A stretch of DNA of 59,900 nucleotides. It comes from an uncultured Actinomycetota bacterium (lineage in GTDB: Bacteria > Actinomycetota > Humimicrobiia > Humimicrobiales > Humimicrobiaceae). The notes beneath the pieces were generated by a model that saw only the letters and a program-made list of their open reading frames with translations, was not told the origin of the DNA and did no database searches. Each line of letters starts with the position of its first letter. The first letter of the stretch is position 1. The translations under genes and the position numbers were made by a program. Below are positions 9,338-19,794 of the stretch, in pieces. The stretch lies in assembly GCA_964426155.1 (NCBI GenBank), contig CAYROY010000107.1, positions 1-59,900 of the forward strand. Reading direction: 5' to 3'.

Positions 9338-9366
9338 TTTACAAAAGGGTTAATTTGTGCTATCTT
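9338..9366 (+). promoter_or_regulatory. Candidate dcw-cluster promoter (Pmra-like)
   Basis: TTTACA (9338-9343), 17-nt spacer, TATCTT (9361-9366) with an extended -10 TG at 9358-9359. It lies in a 226-nt AT-rich gap upstream of mraZ. Confidence 0.5.
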
Positions 9367-9368
9367 AT

Positions 9369-9393
9369 TGGTGTGATGTGGGGAAAAGTGGAG
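9369..9393 (+). promoter_or_regulatory. Three direct TGGNG repeats at 10-nt phasing (MraZ-operator-like)
   Basis: TGGTG at 9369, TGGGG at 9379, TGGAG at 9389, immediately downstream of the -10. This matches the known MraZ operator architecture (direct TGGGN-type repeats with 10-bp periodicity). Confidence 0.55.
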
Positions 9394-9450
9394 GATAATG
9401 AAATAGTTTTCCCATAATTTATATTAAAAATGGTCCGGGCAGGCTGTGAG

Positions 9451-9885
9451 ATGTTTTTAGGTGAGCATCACAGGACAATAGATAACAAAGGCAGGATATT
9501 CATTCCTGCTAAATTCAGGGAAGATTTAATAAAAGGGGTAATAATCACAAAAGGTTTTGATGAGAAATGCCTTTTTTTATTTTCAAGTGAAGGATGGAAA
9601 AAAATCCAGGACAGGATTATGGAGAACCCAATGGCAAAAAGGAATATACAGAGATTCTCAAGATGGTTTTTCGCTTCAGCGGCAATGGAAAACATCGACC
9701 AGCAGGGGAGAACCAGAATACCGCGAAATTTAATAGAGCATGCTGATTTGAAAAAAGATATAGTCCTTGTCGGTGTCTCAGACAGGGCGGAAATATGGTC
9801 AGAAGAAAACTGGAAAAAATATTATAATCAGGCCGAATCTCAGTTTACCGAGGATCAGGATTCATTTGAAGAACTGGGATTCTAA
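9451..9885 (+). CDS. mraZ: Transcriptional regulator MraZ
   Basis: Two MraZ/SpoVT-AbrB repeats with DNKGRIFIP and DQQGRTRIP. The canonical MFLGE N-terminus favours ATG 9451 over 9430. Confidence 0.9.
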   Translation: MFLGEHHRTIDNKGRIFIPAKFREDLIKGVIITKGFDEKCLFLFSSEGWKKIQDRIMENPMAKRNIQRFSRWFFASAAMENIDQQGRTRIPRNLIEHADLKKDIVLVGVSDRAEIWSEENWKKYYNQAESQFTEDQDSFEELGF

Positions 9886-9901
9886 CGTAAGTATTAAGTA
9901 G

Positions 9902-10861
9902 ATGGAATTGAAAAAATTTCATATTCCAGTATTACTTGATGAAGTATTAAAATATCTGGACCCAGAAGAAGATGATATAGTTTTTGATGGAACACTTGGC
10001 GGTGCAGGTCATACTGCAGCAATAATTAAAGCCATTGCCCCCACAGGCAAAGTAATTGGAGTAGATCTTAATAGCCAGACTTTAAGCACCGCCACCAGAA
10101 ACCTGAGTAATATGGCCGGTAATATTATTGCAGTAAATGATAACTTTGCAAATATTAAAAGTATTCTTAAAAAGCTCGGGATTCCATGGGTAAACGGTAT
10201 CCTACTTGATCTGGGACTGTCTACCTTTCTTATAGAGAAATCTGGGAAGGGGTTCAGCTATATGAGGGATGAAAAACTTGATATGAGATATTCTGACAGA
10301 CAGCAGCTGGATGCATATGAAGTAGTTAATAGTTATCCGGAAGATGAGCTTGTTGAAATTTTTAAGAAATACGGTGAAGAAAGATATTCTAAGTTAATTG
10401 CGAAAAATATAAAAAAGAGGAGCAGGGAGCATCCTATAGAGTCTACCGGTGAGCTGGTGGAAATAATCAGGGATTCAATACCCGGTAAATATTCTTCAAG
10501 AAGAGGCAACCCTGCAAAAAGGGTATTTCAGGCTATAAGGATCGAGGTCAACAGGGAACTTTATAATTTAGATATTGCTATTAAAGATGGCTTTGAGGTT
10601 TTAAGCAATGGAGGCAGGATGGTTATAATTTCCTACCATTCCCTGGAAGATAAACTGGTAAAGAAAAGATTTAAAGAATATTCCGGGATCTGTACCTGCC
10701 CTCCCGGTTTGCCGGTATGTAGATGTGGGGCAAAAAAAAGAGCAAAGATTCTGACAAAGAAGGCAGTATATCCTTCTGAGGATGAAATAAAAATAAATCC
10801 GAGATCCAGAAATGCAAGACTAAGGGCTTTAGAAAAGGAAAATGAAGATGAGAACCGCTGA
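9902..10861 (+). CDS. rsmH: 16S rRNA (cytosine1402-N4)-methyltransferase
   Basis: HIPVLLDEV, SAM-binding DGTLGGAGH, FQAIRIEVN, ISYHSLEDK. Confidence 0.95.
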   Translation: MELKKFHIPVLLDEVLKYLDPEEDDIVFDGTLGGAGHTAAIIKAIAPTGKVIGVDLNSQTLSTATRNLSNMAGNIIAVNDNFANIKSILKKLGIPWVNGILLDLGLSTFLIEKSGKGFSYMRDEKLDMRYSDRQQLDAYEVVNSYPEDELVEIFKKYGEERYSKLIAKNIKKRSREHPIESTGELVEIIRDSIPGKYSSRRGNPAKRVFQAIRIEVNRELYNLDIAIKDGFEVLSNGGRMVIISYHSLEDKLVKKRFKEYSGICTCPPGLPVCRCGAKKRAKILTKKAVYPSEDEIKINPRSRNARLRALEKENEDENR

Positions 10862-11375
10862 AGCAAGAAAACTAAAAAATACTTACAGTCCTGTGCTTTA
10901 TCTTGTATCGGGAGGTGACAGGGAAGATAATAAAAATGTACTTTATAACAATAGCGGGCTGTTTTATGTAATGATTATAGTAATACTGTTTGCCTGCATA
11001 GGTCTGCTTTTAAATATTTTCCTTAAGGTCCAGAATATAAATTATCAGAAGGATATTTTTAAACTTGGTGAGATGATATCAATAGAAGAGGATAGGACTG
11101 ATAGATTAAAACTTGAGATTTCTTCGCTGAGGGCACCTTCCAGGATTATTGAAACTGCGGAAAATGTACTGGGGATGCAGGCAAAAAAGAATCTTGAAGT
11201 ATTCTCTATATCAAAAGATGGAATAGAAAACAATGAGATGATATTCAATTATATCTCAAAGGAGGATATGCCATTGCCAGAAGTCAGGTATGACAATCTT
11301 CTTGGAACAATATATCATGTTCACGATTTAATACTTGTGGTATCGGAAAGTGTGCTGACGTTTTTTATACCATAA
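10842..11375 (+). CDS. ftsL: Cell division protein FtsL-like
   Basis: Single TM helix (FYVMIIVILFACIGLLLNIFL) followed by a coiled-coil segment, in the conserved position between rsmH and ftsI. Sequence-level identity is weak, as is usual for FtsL. Confidence 0.6.
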   Translation: MKMRTAEARKLKNTYSPVLYLVSGGDREDNKNVLYNNSGLFYVMIIVILFACIGLLLNIFLKVQNINYQKDIFKLGEMISIEEDRTDRLKLEISSLRAPSRIIETAENVLGMQAKKNLEVFSISKDGIENNEMIFNYISKEDMPLPEVRYDNLLGTIYHVHDLILVVSESVLTFFIP

Positions 11376-11391
11376 ATAGATTTGTCTTAAG

Positions 11392-13098
11392 ATGACAGGC
11401 GTAGAAAACCATTATAGAATAAGCAGGAAAAGAATATATTTCCTGTTTATTTTATTTTTAATAGCTTTCTCAATTATTACATATAGACTGGTGTCCATTC
11501 AATATCTTGATGCATCAAAATATCAAGAATTTGCCGACTACCAGCATATGGATGAATTCAAGCTTGATTCAAAAAGGGGAAAAATACTAGATAGGAATGG
11601 TAATGAGCTGGCAATCAGCCTGGTAGAAAAAACAGTATATGCAAATCCGCAGATGATAGAAGATCTGGAATATACAGTGGATGTAATATCAGATGCTCTT
11701 GATATAAATAGAGATGAACTTATGGAAAAGATATCAGATAAGTCCAAAGGATTTGTGTACCTAAAAAGAAAAATTGGTTCAGAAGAAGCTAATAAAATTG
11801 CTGAACTTAATCTCGAAGGTATTTATATAGAGAACGAGTGCAAAAGATATTATCCACAGGAGGAGCTTGCAGCTCCGGTTATAGGATTTACAGGTACGGA
11901 TGGCAACGGACTATACGGAATAGAATTAAAATATGAGAGTATACTACGCGGGGTAGACGGAAGAACAGAAGCGGAGAAAGATGTGTTCGGCAATATTATA
12001 CCTGAGAATATAAAGACATATATTGAACCTATAGATGGGGAAGATGTTATACTTACAATTGATTCTCAGATACAATTTATAGCTGAAAGAAGCCTGGCCG
12101 GCGTAGCAAAGGAGTATAATGCGCAATCTGCTATAGCAGTTGTAATGAATCCTGTAAATGGAGAAATACTGGCTATGGCATCTTACCCTGGTTTTGATGC
12201 CAATAATTATCTGGATTATGATGATGAATTATATAAAGTTGCAGGAGCATCATTCACTTACGAACCAGGATCGACTTTTAAGATAGTAAATGTTTCTTCA
12301 GCTCTCGAGAACGGTACTGTTACAGCTAATCAGGTTTTTAATCTTCCTCCATCTATTCAAGTGGGCGATAGAATAATAAGGGAGATATTCAGGACAGGTA
12401 ATATACAATACACCACAAAAGAGATAATAAAGCATTCAAGTAATGTAGGTGCCGTAGTACTGGCCATGAGCATGGGTGATAGACTTTACTGGGAAGGTAT
12501 TAAAAAATTCGGTTTCGGAGAGATTACAGGAGTCGAGCTCCCGGGTGAAGAAAGCGGAATAGTCCATGACTATAAAAGCTGGCCTGCTTCGACTATAGGT
12601 GCGCTTGCTATAGGCCAGAGTATTTCGGTCACCCCCCTCCAGCTCCTGAGAGCTGCATGCGTTATCGCAAATGATGGATATCTTATAAATCCTACTATAA
12701 TAAAAGAGGTAAGTCTGGGGAAGGTAAAGGATCCTGACCCAGAAAGTACTAGTCCTAAGCGGATCATAAGTGGAGAGACAGCAAGTTCTGTAAAGGATAT
12801 GATGCTTGCAGTAGTAGAGGATGGAACTGGTACCAGGGCCCAGATAGAAGATGTAAAAATTTGTGGAAAAACAGGAACTGCAGAAAAGGTGAACAGGAAT
12901 GGAACAGGCTACAGCGAGGGGAGAAGTATTACTTCTTTTATAGGCTTCGGCCCCTATGAAGACCCGAAGATAGCAGTAATAGTGGTAGTTGATGAACCAC
13001 AGGGTCCCGATAAAACTGTATGGGGAGGAACTGTGGCGGCGCCTGTTTTTAAAGAAATAATGGAATTTTCCCTGGAACGTATTAAAGTATTGAAATGA
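11392..13098 (+). CDS. ftsI: Penicillin-binding protein (FtsI/PBP2B-class transpeptidase)
   Basis: N-terminal TM anchor, PBP dimerisation domain, and transpeptidase motifs STFK, SSN and KTGT. Confidence 0.9.
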   Translation: MTGVENHYRISRKRIYFLFILFLIAFSIITYRLVSIQYLDASKYQEFADYQHMDEFKLDSKRGKILDRNGNELAISLVEKTVYANPQMIEDLEYTVDVISDALDINRDELMEKISDKSKGFVYLKRKIGSEEANKIAELNLEGIYIENECKRYYPQEELAAPVIGFTGTDGNGLYGIELKYESILRGVDGRTEAEKDVFGNIIPENIKTYIEPIDGEDVILTIDSQIQFIAERSLAGVAKEYNAQSAIAVVMNPVNGEILAMASYPGFDANNYLDYDDELYKVAGASFTYEPGSTFKIVNVSSALENGTVTANQVFNLPPSIQVGDRIIREIFRTGNIQYTTKEIIKHSSNVGAVVLAMSMGDRLYWEGIKKFGFGEITGVELPGEESGIVHDYKSWPASTIGALAIGQSISVTPLQLLRAACVIANDGYLINPTIIKEVSLGKVKDPDPESTSPKRIISGETASSVKDMMLAVVEDGTGTRAQIEDVKICGKTGTAEKVNRNGTGYSEGRSITSFIGFGPYEDPKIAVIVVVDEPQGPDKTVWGGTVAAPVFKEIMEFSLERIKVLK

Positions 13099-13140
13099 AT
13101 ATGTATAATTTAAGATGTATATGATTTGAATTGTTAATTA

Positions 13141-14643
13141 ATGTCAGAAAGTCAGCTGATGAGATTAAGTGAGATAATCAAGGGTGTAGATATTAAAGGT
13201 ATTTATGGCCATGAAGATATAGAGGTACTGGATATTTCTATAAATTCGAAAAACATCAATAAAGGCTATCTTTTCGCAGCAGTAAAAGGGTTCAGGTATG
13301 ACGGTCACGATTTTGTAAAAGAAGCAATAGGCAGGGGAGCAGTAGCCGTAATAACCAACAAAAGAATGGATGTCAGCTCTCATATTACACAGGTAATAGT
13401 CAAAGATACCAGATCTGTGCTTCCGCTGATAAGTAGGAATTTTTTTGGTGACCCATCTAAATCATTAAAAGTTATAGGTATAACTGGTACTAACGGAAAG
13501 ACGACTACATGCTATATTATAAACTCGATACTTAAGAGTGCCGGAGTAAAGACATCTATAATAACTACTTACAGATCATTTATAGGCAATAAAGAAATAA
13601 GATTTAGTAGAACCACACCTGAATCACTGGATCTGCAGAGATTCTTTGCTGAAAGCTTAAAAAGCGGTGTAAAGTTTGTGAGTATGGAAGTATCATCGCA
13701 CTCCATAGACCTCCACCGGGTTGATTATATAGATTTTGACTTTCTGGTATTTACTAATCTTTCCCAGGATCATCTAGATTATCACAAAACGATTGAAAAA
13801 TATTTTGAAGCAAAGTCCAGGATCTTTGATGAAAGAAACCGGAAGCTTTTTGGCAGGGGCAGAGCAATAATAAATATCGATGACAGTTATGGAAAAAGAA
13901 TATTTGATATTACCGGGTTGAAAAAGACATCCTTTTCTATAAATAATCCACTAGCTGATATAAGGGGTTATGACATATCAAATTCTATTTCCGGGATAGA
14001 TATGCTGGCAAAAATTAAAGATAAAAATATCAGGATAAAAACCTCTCTCTGCGGAGTATTCAATATATATAACATACTGGCTGCAGCAGGCACCTGTTTC
14101 GAGGCCGGAATTACTACCGGTAATATAATTTTGGGAATTGAAAATATGGAAGGCTTCGGCGGAAGGTTTGAAAGAATAGAATATGGCCGGGGTCCGACAG
14201 TAATAGTTGATTATGCACATACTCCGGATGGACTTAAAAATGTTCTTCAGACTGCCAGGAATATACTTTCAGATCCAGGCAGGCTTGTACTGGTTTTTGG
14301 CTGTGGAGGAGACCGGGATAAAAATAAAAGAAAAAAAATGGGGATCATATCTGCCAGACTTGCTGATTTTACAATAATAACATCTGATAATCCAAGATCG
14401 GAAGAACCTGATAGAATAATATCCATGATAGAGGAGGGTTTTAAAAAAGAAGGAGTAGACAGATATGTCAAAATAACGGACAGGAAAGAGGCAATATTCC
14501 GTGCAATCGATGATACAGCAGATGAGGATATCGTATTGATAGCAGGTAAGGGTCACGAAGATTACCAGGAGTTTGAGAACGGAAGAAGGATAGCATTCAG
14601 TGATTCAGAGACAGTCAGGGAATATTATGAAAATAAAAAATAA
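13141..14643 (+). CDS. murE: UDP-N-acetylmuramoyl-L-alanyl-D-glutamate--2,6-diaminopimelate ligase
   Basis: Mur ligase P-loop GITGTNGKTTT. The DNPR motif (ITSDNPRSE) indicates the meso-DAP-adding type. Confidence 0.9.
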   Translation: MSESQLMRLSEIIKGVDIKGIYGHEDIEVLDISINSKNINKGYLFAAVKGFRYDGHDFVKEAIGRGAVAVITNKRMDVSSHITQVIVKDTRSVLPLISRNFFGDPSKSLKVIGITGTNGKTTTCYIINSILKSAGVKTSIITTYRSFIGNKEIRFSRTTPESLDLQRFFAESLKSGVKFVSMEVSSHSIDLHRVDYIDFDFLVFTNLSQDHLDYHKTIEKYFEAKSRIFDERNRKLFGRGRAIINIDDSYGKRIFDITGLKKTSFSINNPLADIRGYDISNSISGIDMLAKIKDKNIRIKTSLCGVFNIYNILAAAGTCFEAGITTGNIILGIENMEGFGGRFERIEYGRGPTVIVDYAHTPDGLKNVLQTARNILSDPGRLVLVFGCGGDRDKNKRKKMGIISARLADFTIITSDNPRSEEPDRIISMIEEGFKKEGVDRYVKITDRKEAIFRAIDDTADEDIVLIAGKGHEDYQEFENGRRIAFSDSETVREYYENKK

Positions 14644-16090
14644 AATAATACTTGGCCTGGTCTCTGAGTGGACCGGCTCATTAATAAGATCCGGAGAAGA
14701 CAGATCCTGCATAGAAAGCATATCCACTGATACCAGGACAATTAGAAGAGGTGATTTTTTTATTCCCATTAAAGGTGAAAATTTTAATGGCCATGATTTT
14801 ATAGAAGAAGCTTTAAGAAGAGGGGCAGGTGGCTTTGTCTACGAAAAAGAAAGGAGGTCAGAATATTTAAAACTTTTGGAAAGTATCAGTATAAACAATA
14901 AGGCAGGCTATATTATACTGGAAACTGATGATACTATGGATTTTGTGAAGATGCTTGCATCAAATTATTTGATGCAGTTCAATGCAAGTATTATAGGTAT
15001 AACTGGAAGTGTGGGAAAGACTACTACAAAAAATATGGTTGCAGCTGTTCTGTCCAAAAAATTTAAAACAGTATCGACGCCTGGAAATTTTAATACAGAA
15101 ATAGGAATATCAGAAAGCATTTTTAATGTCGGACCTGAAACAGAATATTTTGTGGCTGAACTGGGAATGAGAGGTAAAAATCAGATAGGTCCGCTTGCCG
15201 AAATGATAAATGTGGAGATAGCTGCAATTACTGCTGTTGGTGATTCTCATATGAAATTTTTCAAAAACCAGAGGGAGATAGCTGAAGCCAAGGCTGAAAT
15301 AGCCAGGCCCTTAAGGAGGAACGGAGGCAAACTTTTTCTGAATGCTGATGACAGAATGGCAGCATATATCAAAGAAATTACTGGAGTTGAAACGATAGAA
15401 TTTGGTGCAGATAACTTCATAGATTATAACTTTATAGATACGGGGATTGATAACAGGGGAAGATTCAGTTTTGATCTTTTTAAGAAAGAAAAAAAGATTT
15501 GCTCAATAAAATCAGGGGTTCCAGGATACCACAACCTTTATAATGAATGCCTTGCTGCTGCAATATGCCATTATATTGGTATGGATGTATGTATGATTAA
15601 AGAAGGTATAGAAAATGCAAAAATAGAAGAACACAGGATGCAGATAGTCGACTGCGGCAATTTTACTATTATCGATGATTGCTATAACTCAAGTCCGGTG
15701 TCTGTAAAAAGTGCTATAGATACTCTCCTGCAGATATCAATAAGTAGCAATGGAAGACCTGTAGTGATACTGGGAGACATGCTTGAACTGGGAAAATCTG
15801 CTGCCGAATTACATTATAAGGTCGGTAAATATTGCGCCGAGCGGGGTATTGAGACTTTAATCGCTGTTGGAAAACTGGCAAAAAATTTTGTTAGAGGCTT
15901 CGAAGATTTTGAGAATAAAAAAATTGGCGGAAAGTATTTTTATTTTAATAAGAAAAATGATCTATATAGACATAATAGTTCTCTGGTAAAACCGGGAGAC
16001 ATAATCCTTGTAAAAGGTTCAAGGGCAGATAGGATGGAAGATGTTATCTCATTTTTTAAAAGGCAGTCGGCCAGCAGCCGGACTTTGTAA
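14627..16090 (+). CDS. murF: UDP-N-acetylmuramoyl-tripeptide--D-alanyl-D-alanine ligase
   Basis: Mur ligase fold with GITGSVGKTTTK, in dcw position. ATG 14627 is preferred over GTG 14600 and overlaps the murE stop by 17 nt. Confidence 0.9.
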   Translation: MKIKNKIILGLVSEWTGSLIRSGEDRSCIESISTDTRTIRRGDFFIPIKGENFNGHDFIEEALRRGAGGFVYEKERRSEYLKLLESISINNKAGYIILETDDTMDFVKMLASNYLMQFNASIIGITGSVGKTTTKNMVAAVLSKKFKTVSTPGNFNTEIGISESIFNVGPETEYFVAELGMRGKNQIGPLAEMINVEIAAITAVGDSHMKFFKNQREIAEAKAEIARPLRRNGGKLFLNADDRMAAYIKEITGVETIEFGADNFIDYNFIDTGIDNRGRFSFDLFKKEKKICSIKSGVPGYHNLYNECLAAAICHYIGMDVCMIKEGIENAKIEEHRMQIVDCGNFTIIDDCYNSSPVSVKSAIDTLLQISISSNGRPVVILGDMLELGKSAAELHYKVGKYCAERGIETLIAVGKLAKNFVRGFEDFENKKIGGKYFYFNKKNDLYRHNSSLVKPGDIILVKGSRADRMEDVISFFKRQSASSRTL

Positions 16091-16138
16091 TCCGTAGTGG
16101 GTTAGTAGTATATTTTAAAGACAAAAAGGAGTTTTTTA

Positions 16139-17152
16139 ATGAACTGGATTTTTTTATCGATAACCACCGGGGGGTTTCTATCCCTTTTGCTTACTCCTTT
16201 ATTTATTAGATTTCAGAAAAGAAAAAAAATGGGGGAAAAGATAAGGATTGATGGACCCAGGACACATTCTGCAAAGGCCGGTACACCTACGATGGGAGGA
16301 ATAATATTTGTTTTTTCTGCTATCATAGCTTTTATAATAGTCAGCCTTATTAAATACTATCGTTATAATGATTACAGTATCGAAGGAATATTCATAACTT
16401 CCATACTGGTACTATGCAGCTTACTGGGTTTTATAGATGATTATATGGCACTAAAAAAGCAGCGTTCTCTGGGACTGAGAGGATGGGTAAAAATATTTTT
16501 ACTCGTTATTATATGTGTTTATTTTATATTATTTGCACGTTTTATACTTAATATTGGGACTTATATTAATATTCCCTTCACAGGTATAAAAATAGAACTG
16601 GGAAACTGGTATTATATAATAGTAGCTCTGATAGTGATATCCACCACTAATGCCGTTAACCTGACTGATGGGCTAGATGGCCTGGCAGCCGGTTCATCCT
16701 CGATAGTACTTGCAGTTTTCTGTTTCATAGCCTTTCTGGAATGGACAATAGGCGAAAGAGCATATGCGATAGATATTGCAGTAATAGCAGGCAGTACTCT
16801 TGCGGCAAGTACCGGATTTTTATGGTGGAATACAGCACCGGCAGAGATATTTATGGGTGATACCGGTTCTTTCGGTCTGGGGGGTCTTATAGCAGCAATA
16901 GCTATAGTCCTGAAACAGGAAATTTTATTGATAGCTATCGGCGGAATTTTTGTAGTGGAAGCACTATCTGTAATAATTCAGGTTCTCTGGTTTAAGGCAA
17001 CAGGGAAACGTGTTTTTAAAATGGCTCCAATACATCATCATTTCGAACTTATGGGTTGGCCGGAAATAAAAGTCATTATAAGGTTCTGGCTTGTATGTTC
17101 AATATTCGCAGTCACGGGTTTCTTTATATATTATTTAAAATTCATAGACTAA
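16139..17152 (+). CDS. mraY: Phospho-N-acetylmuramoyl-pentapeptide transferase
   Basis: Polytopic membrane protein with GTPTMGG, NAVNLTDGLDGLA, MGDTGS and APIHHHFE. Confidence 0.95.
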   Translation: MNWIFLSITTGGFLSLLLTPLFIRFQKRKKMGEKIRIDGPRTHSAKAGTPTMGGIIFVFSAIIAFIIVSLIKYYRYNDYSIEGIFITSILVLCSLLGFIDDYMALKKQRSLGLRGWVKIFLLVIICVYFILFARFILNIGTYINIPFTGIKIELGNWYYIIVALIVISTTNAVNLTDGLDGLAAGSSSIVLAVFCFIAFLEWTIGERAYAIDIAVIAGSTLAASTGFLWWNTAPAEIFMGDTGSFGLGGLIAAIAIVLKQEILLIAIGGIFVVEALSVIIQVLWFKATGKRVFKMAPIHHHFELMGWPEIKVIIRFWLVCSIFAVTGFFIYYLKFID

Positions 17153-17162
17153 TTACTTTTTT

Positions 17163-18620
17163 GTGTCAGATATGAAGGAAACAGATATTATTTTTAACAA
17201 CATAAAAATAATGATAATCGGTATGGGAATAACCGGGACTGCAGTTGCAAAAAAAATGGCAGAGCTGGGAAACCATGTAATAGCATTTGACAATAATACG
17301 AGTCTTAATAGGAGTTCATTATATTCAGCAATTGAAAAAAATGGTGAATCAGATTATGAAATATTACTATCAGAAAAGGATAATTTAGATGTCTCGATTC
17401 TAAAAAATGTGGATTTAGTAATTGCAAGTCCAGGGGTTCCTTCAGATAATGTAATGCTTTCAGCTGCACTTGAAAGAGGAATACCGGTGTGGGATGAACT
17501 TGAGTTATCATGGCAGCTTATGGGGGCAGAGCAGAGGAGAAACACAATAGCAGTAACTGGCACAAATGGTAAAACTACGGTCGTAAATCTGATAGGGAAA
17601 TTGATGGAAAAATCGAATATGAAAGTGGTTTTATGTGGAAACATCGGTTCTCCTGTTATCGAAACATTAAAGATAGATAAGGAAGAAAGAAGAGCATTAA
17701 GCGATGAAAATATAAGAGTTATAGAAACCAGCAGCTTTCAGTTGGAAAGGACATTTAGCTTTAAGCCCGGAATCGGAATACTTCTAAATATTACCAGTGA
17801 TCATATAGATAGACATAAATGTATAGAAGAATATGCCAGAACGAAGTTCAGATTGTTTAAAAACCAGGATTCAAAAGACTTTTTGGTGGTAAATATGGAT
17901 GATGAGATTATAGCGGAAAAGATAACCGGTTCTGTTAATAAGCATAAAAGTCCCTTTGTAGTTAAGTACGGCATTAAAAAGGTGAAATCTAATAATCTCT
18001 GGCTGGAAGATGATCATATATATTATGATTTTCTCTCTAAAAGTGGGAGGATCAATATAGAGGGATCCCAACTTAAAGGGATGCATAATGTATCCAATAT
18101 GATGGCTTCTTCAGTACCACTTCTGTTATTAGAGGTAGATCCAGAAAATATCAGTGATTCAATAAAAAATTTTAAACCTCTTAATCACAGATTGGAATAT
18201 ATTGGAGATGTGGAAGGTATACGCTGTATAAATGACTCTAAATCAACTAACCCTGATTCTACGGCAGCGGCACTTAAAGATTTTACAAAAGAAGTTACTT
18301 TGATAATGGGTGGGAAAGATAAAAATATGGATTTTGATATACTGACCGGTTTAATGGATTCTTCGGTAAATAATCTTATACTTATAGGTGAGTCTGCAGA
18401 TAGAATCGAAAAGACATTTAGAAGAGATGGTAATACCTACGGTATATATAAATGTAAAGACCTCGAAGAGGCAGTAGAACTTGGATTTAAGTTGACACAC
18501 CCTGGAGACGTACTATTACTCTCACCAGGATGTGCAAGCATGGATATGTTCAGGAATTACAAGGATAGAGGCAACAGATTTAAAAAAATTGTAATGTCTT
18601 TTATTAAAAACAATGGATAA
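17163..18620 (+). CDS. murD: UDP-N-acetylmuramoylalanine--D-glutamate ligase
   Basis: Rossmann-like N-terminus (IIGMGITG) and Mur ligase P-loop VTGTNGKTT. The start could be GTG 17163 or ATG 17172. Confidence 0.9.
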   Translation: MSDMKETDIIFNNIKIMIIGMGITGTAVAKKMAELGNHVIAFDNNTSLNRSSLYSAIEKNGESDYEILLSEKDNLDVSILKNVDLVIASPGVPSDNVMLSAALERGIPVWDELELSWQLMGAEQRRNTIAVTGTNGKTTVVNLIGKLMEKSNMKVVLCGNIGSPVIETLKIDKEERRALSDENIRVIETSSFQLERTFSFKPGIGILLNITSDHIDRHKCIEEYARTKFRLFKNQDSKDFLVVNMDDEIIAEKITGSVNKHKSPFVVKYGIKKVKSNNLWLEDDHIYYDFLSKSGRINIEGSQLKGMHNVSNMMASSVPLLLLEVDPENISDSIKNFKPLNHRLEYIGDVEGIRCINDSKSTNPDSTAAALKDFTKEVTLIMGGKDKNMDFDILTGLMDSSVNNLILIGESADRIEKTFRRDGNTYGIYKCKDLEEAVELGFKLTHPGDVLLLSPGCASMDMFRNYKDRGNRFKKIVMSFIKNNG

Positions 18621-19794
18621 ACAGGTAAAAAGACACAGAATATTCAGCATAGGTATTGAGTATTATTTTATTTTTATTATTACTCTTATACTCTCCATAA
18701 TAGGTATAGTAATGATATCAAGTGCTTCTATATCTGTGGGGGAAAGATACTTCAATGATTCTTACTGGTTTATACGCAGACAGTTGATCTGGTGGGTTAT
18801 ATCTTTTCCGTGTTTTTTGATTGTTTCAAGAATTGATTATAAAAAAATACGAAGGTTTTCAAATGTAATTATGCTCATAGTAATAGGTCTTCTTGCTCTT
18901 GTTCTGATACCAGGTTTTAGCGTTGAATCTGGAGGAGCCAGGAGATGGCTAGATCTATGGTTTTTTAGTCCACAACCATCAGAATTTGCAAAAATTGCGT
19001 TAATATTATTTTTTTCTGATTACATAAATAGGGAATATATAAAAGATGGCAGATTGAAAAGAATACTCTGGCCCCCATTTTTCGTGCTATGCCTTTCAAC
19101 AGTACTGATTTTTCTGGAACCCGATCTCAGTTCAGCTGTAGTATTGTGGGTTATTATATTCATAGTGATGTTTGCAGGAGGGGTAAGGTTAAAACATATT
19201 GTAGGAACCGGTGTTATAGGAGTAATTGTTACCGTAGGGTATCTTTTTCTGGAAGATTACAGGAGGGAAAGGCTAATGGCTTTTTTTAACGGCTCCTCAG
19301 TTGAAAGTGAGGGAGTAAATTTTCAGATCAGCCAATCACTTATAGCACTGGGCTCAGGGAAATTAATGGGTCTTGGCCTTGGTAACAGTGTCCAGAAATA
19401 TTCATATCTTCCAGAAGCGCAAACTGATTTTATATTTGCAATTATTGGTGAAGAACTTGGTCTGGTGGGCACAATGCTTGTAGTGATTTTATTTATATTA
19501 TTTTTCTTTTTTGGTATAAAGGTCTGCCTCAAAACCGAAGATAGCTACGGAAGAGCACTTGCTGCTGGACTTACAGGCATGATAATTGTACCAGCAATAA
19601 TCAATATATCAGTAGTGACTGGTTTAGTCCCGGTTACCGGGCTGACTCTTCCGTTTATCAGTTTTGGCGGTTCTTCTCTACTTCTCAATATGATAGGAGT
19701 AGGAATATTACTGAATATATCGAGACAGAACCTTCTTGTAAGAAGAATAAAAAAAGATATAAATAGTAAGTTAAAAAATGAACAGAAATATTAG
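18613..19794 (+). CDS. ftsW: Peptidoglycan glycosyltransferase FtsW (SEDS family)
   Basis: About 10-TM SEDS protein with QPSEFAKI, PEAQTDFIFA and LPFISFGGSS, in dcw position. Confidence 0.9.
   Translation: MDKQVKRHRIFSIGIEYYFIFIITLILSIIGIVMISSASISVGERYFNDSYWFIRRQLIWWVISFPCFLIVSRIDYKKIRRFSNVIMLIVIGLLALVLIPGFSVESGGARRWLDLWFFSPQPSEFAKIALILFFSDYINREYIKDGRLKRILWPPFFVLCLSTVLIFLEPDLSSAVVLWVIIFIVMFAGGVRLKHIVGTGVIGVIVTVGYLFLEDYRRERLMAFFNGSSVESEGVNFQISQSLIALGSGKLMGLGLGNSVQKYSYLPEAQTDFIFAIIGEELGLVGTMLVVILFILFFFFGIKVCLKTEDSYGRALAAGLTGMIIVPAIINISVVTGLVPVTGLTLPFISFGGSSLLLNMIGVGILLNISRQNLLVRRIKKDINSKLKNEQKY

Noticed and set aside
19089-19289. 66-aa same-strand alternative-frame ORF inside ftsW (similar cases at 33954-34187 and 43863-44060)
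   Set aside because: They are embedded out of frame in longer, family-recognisable genes, with Arg/Cys-rich improbable composition.
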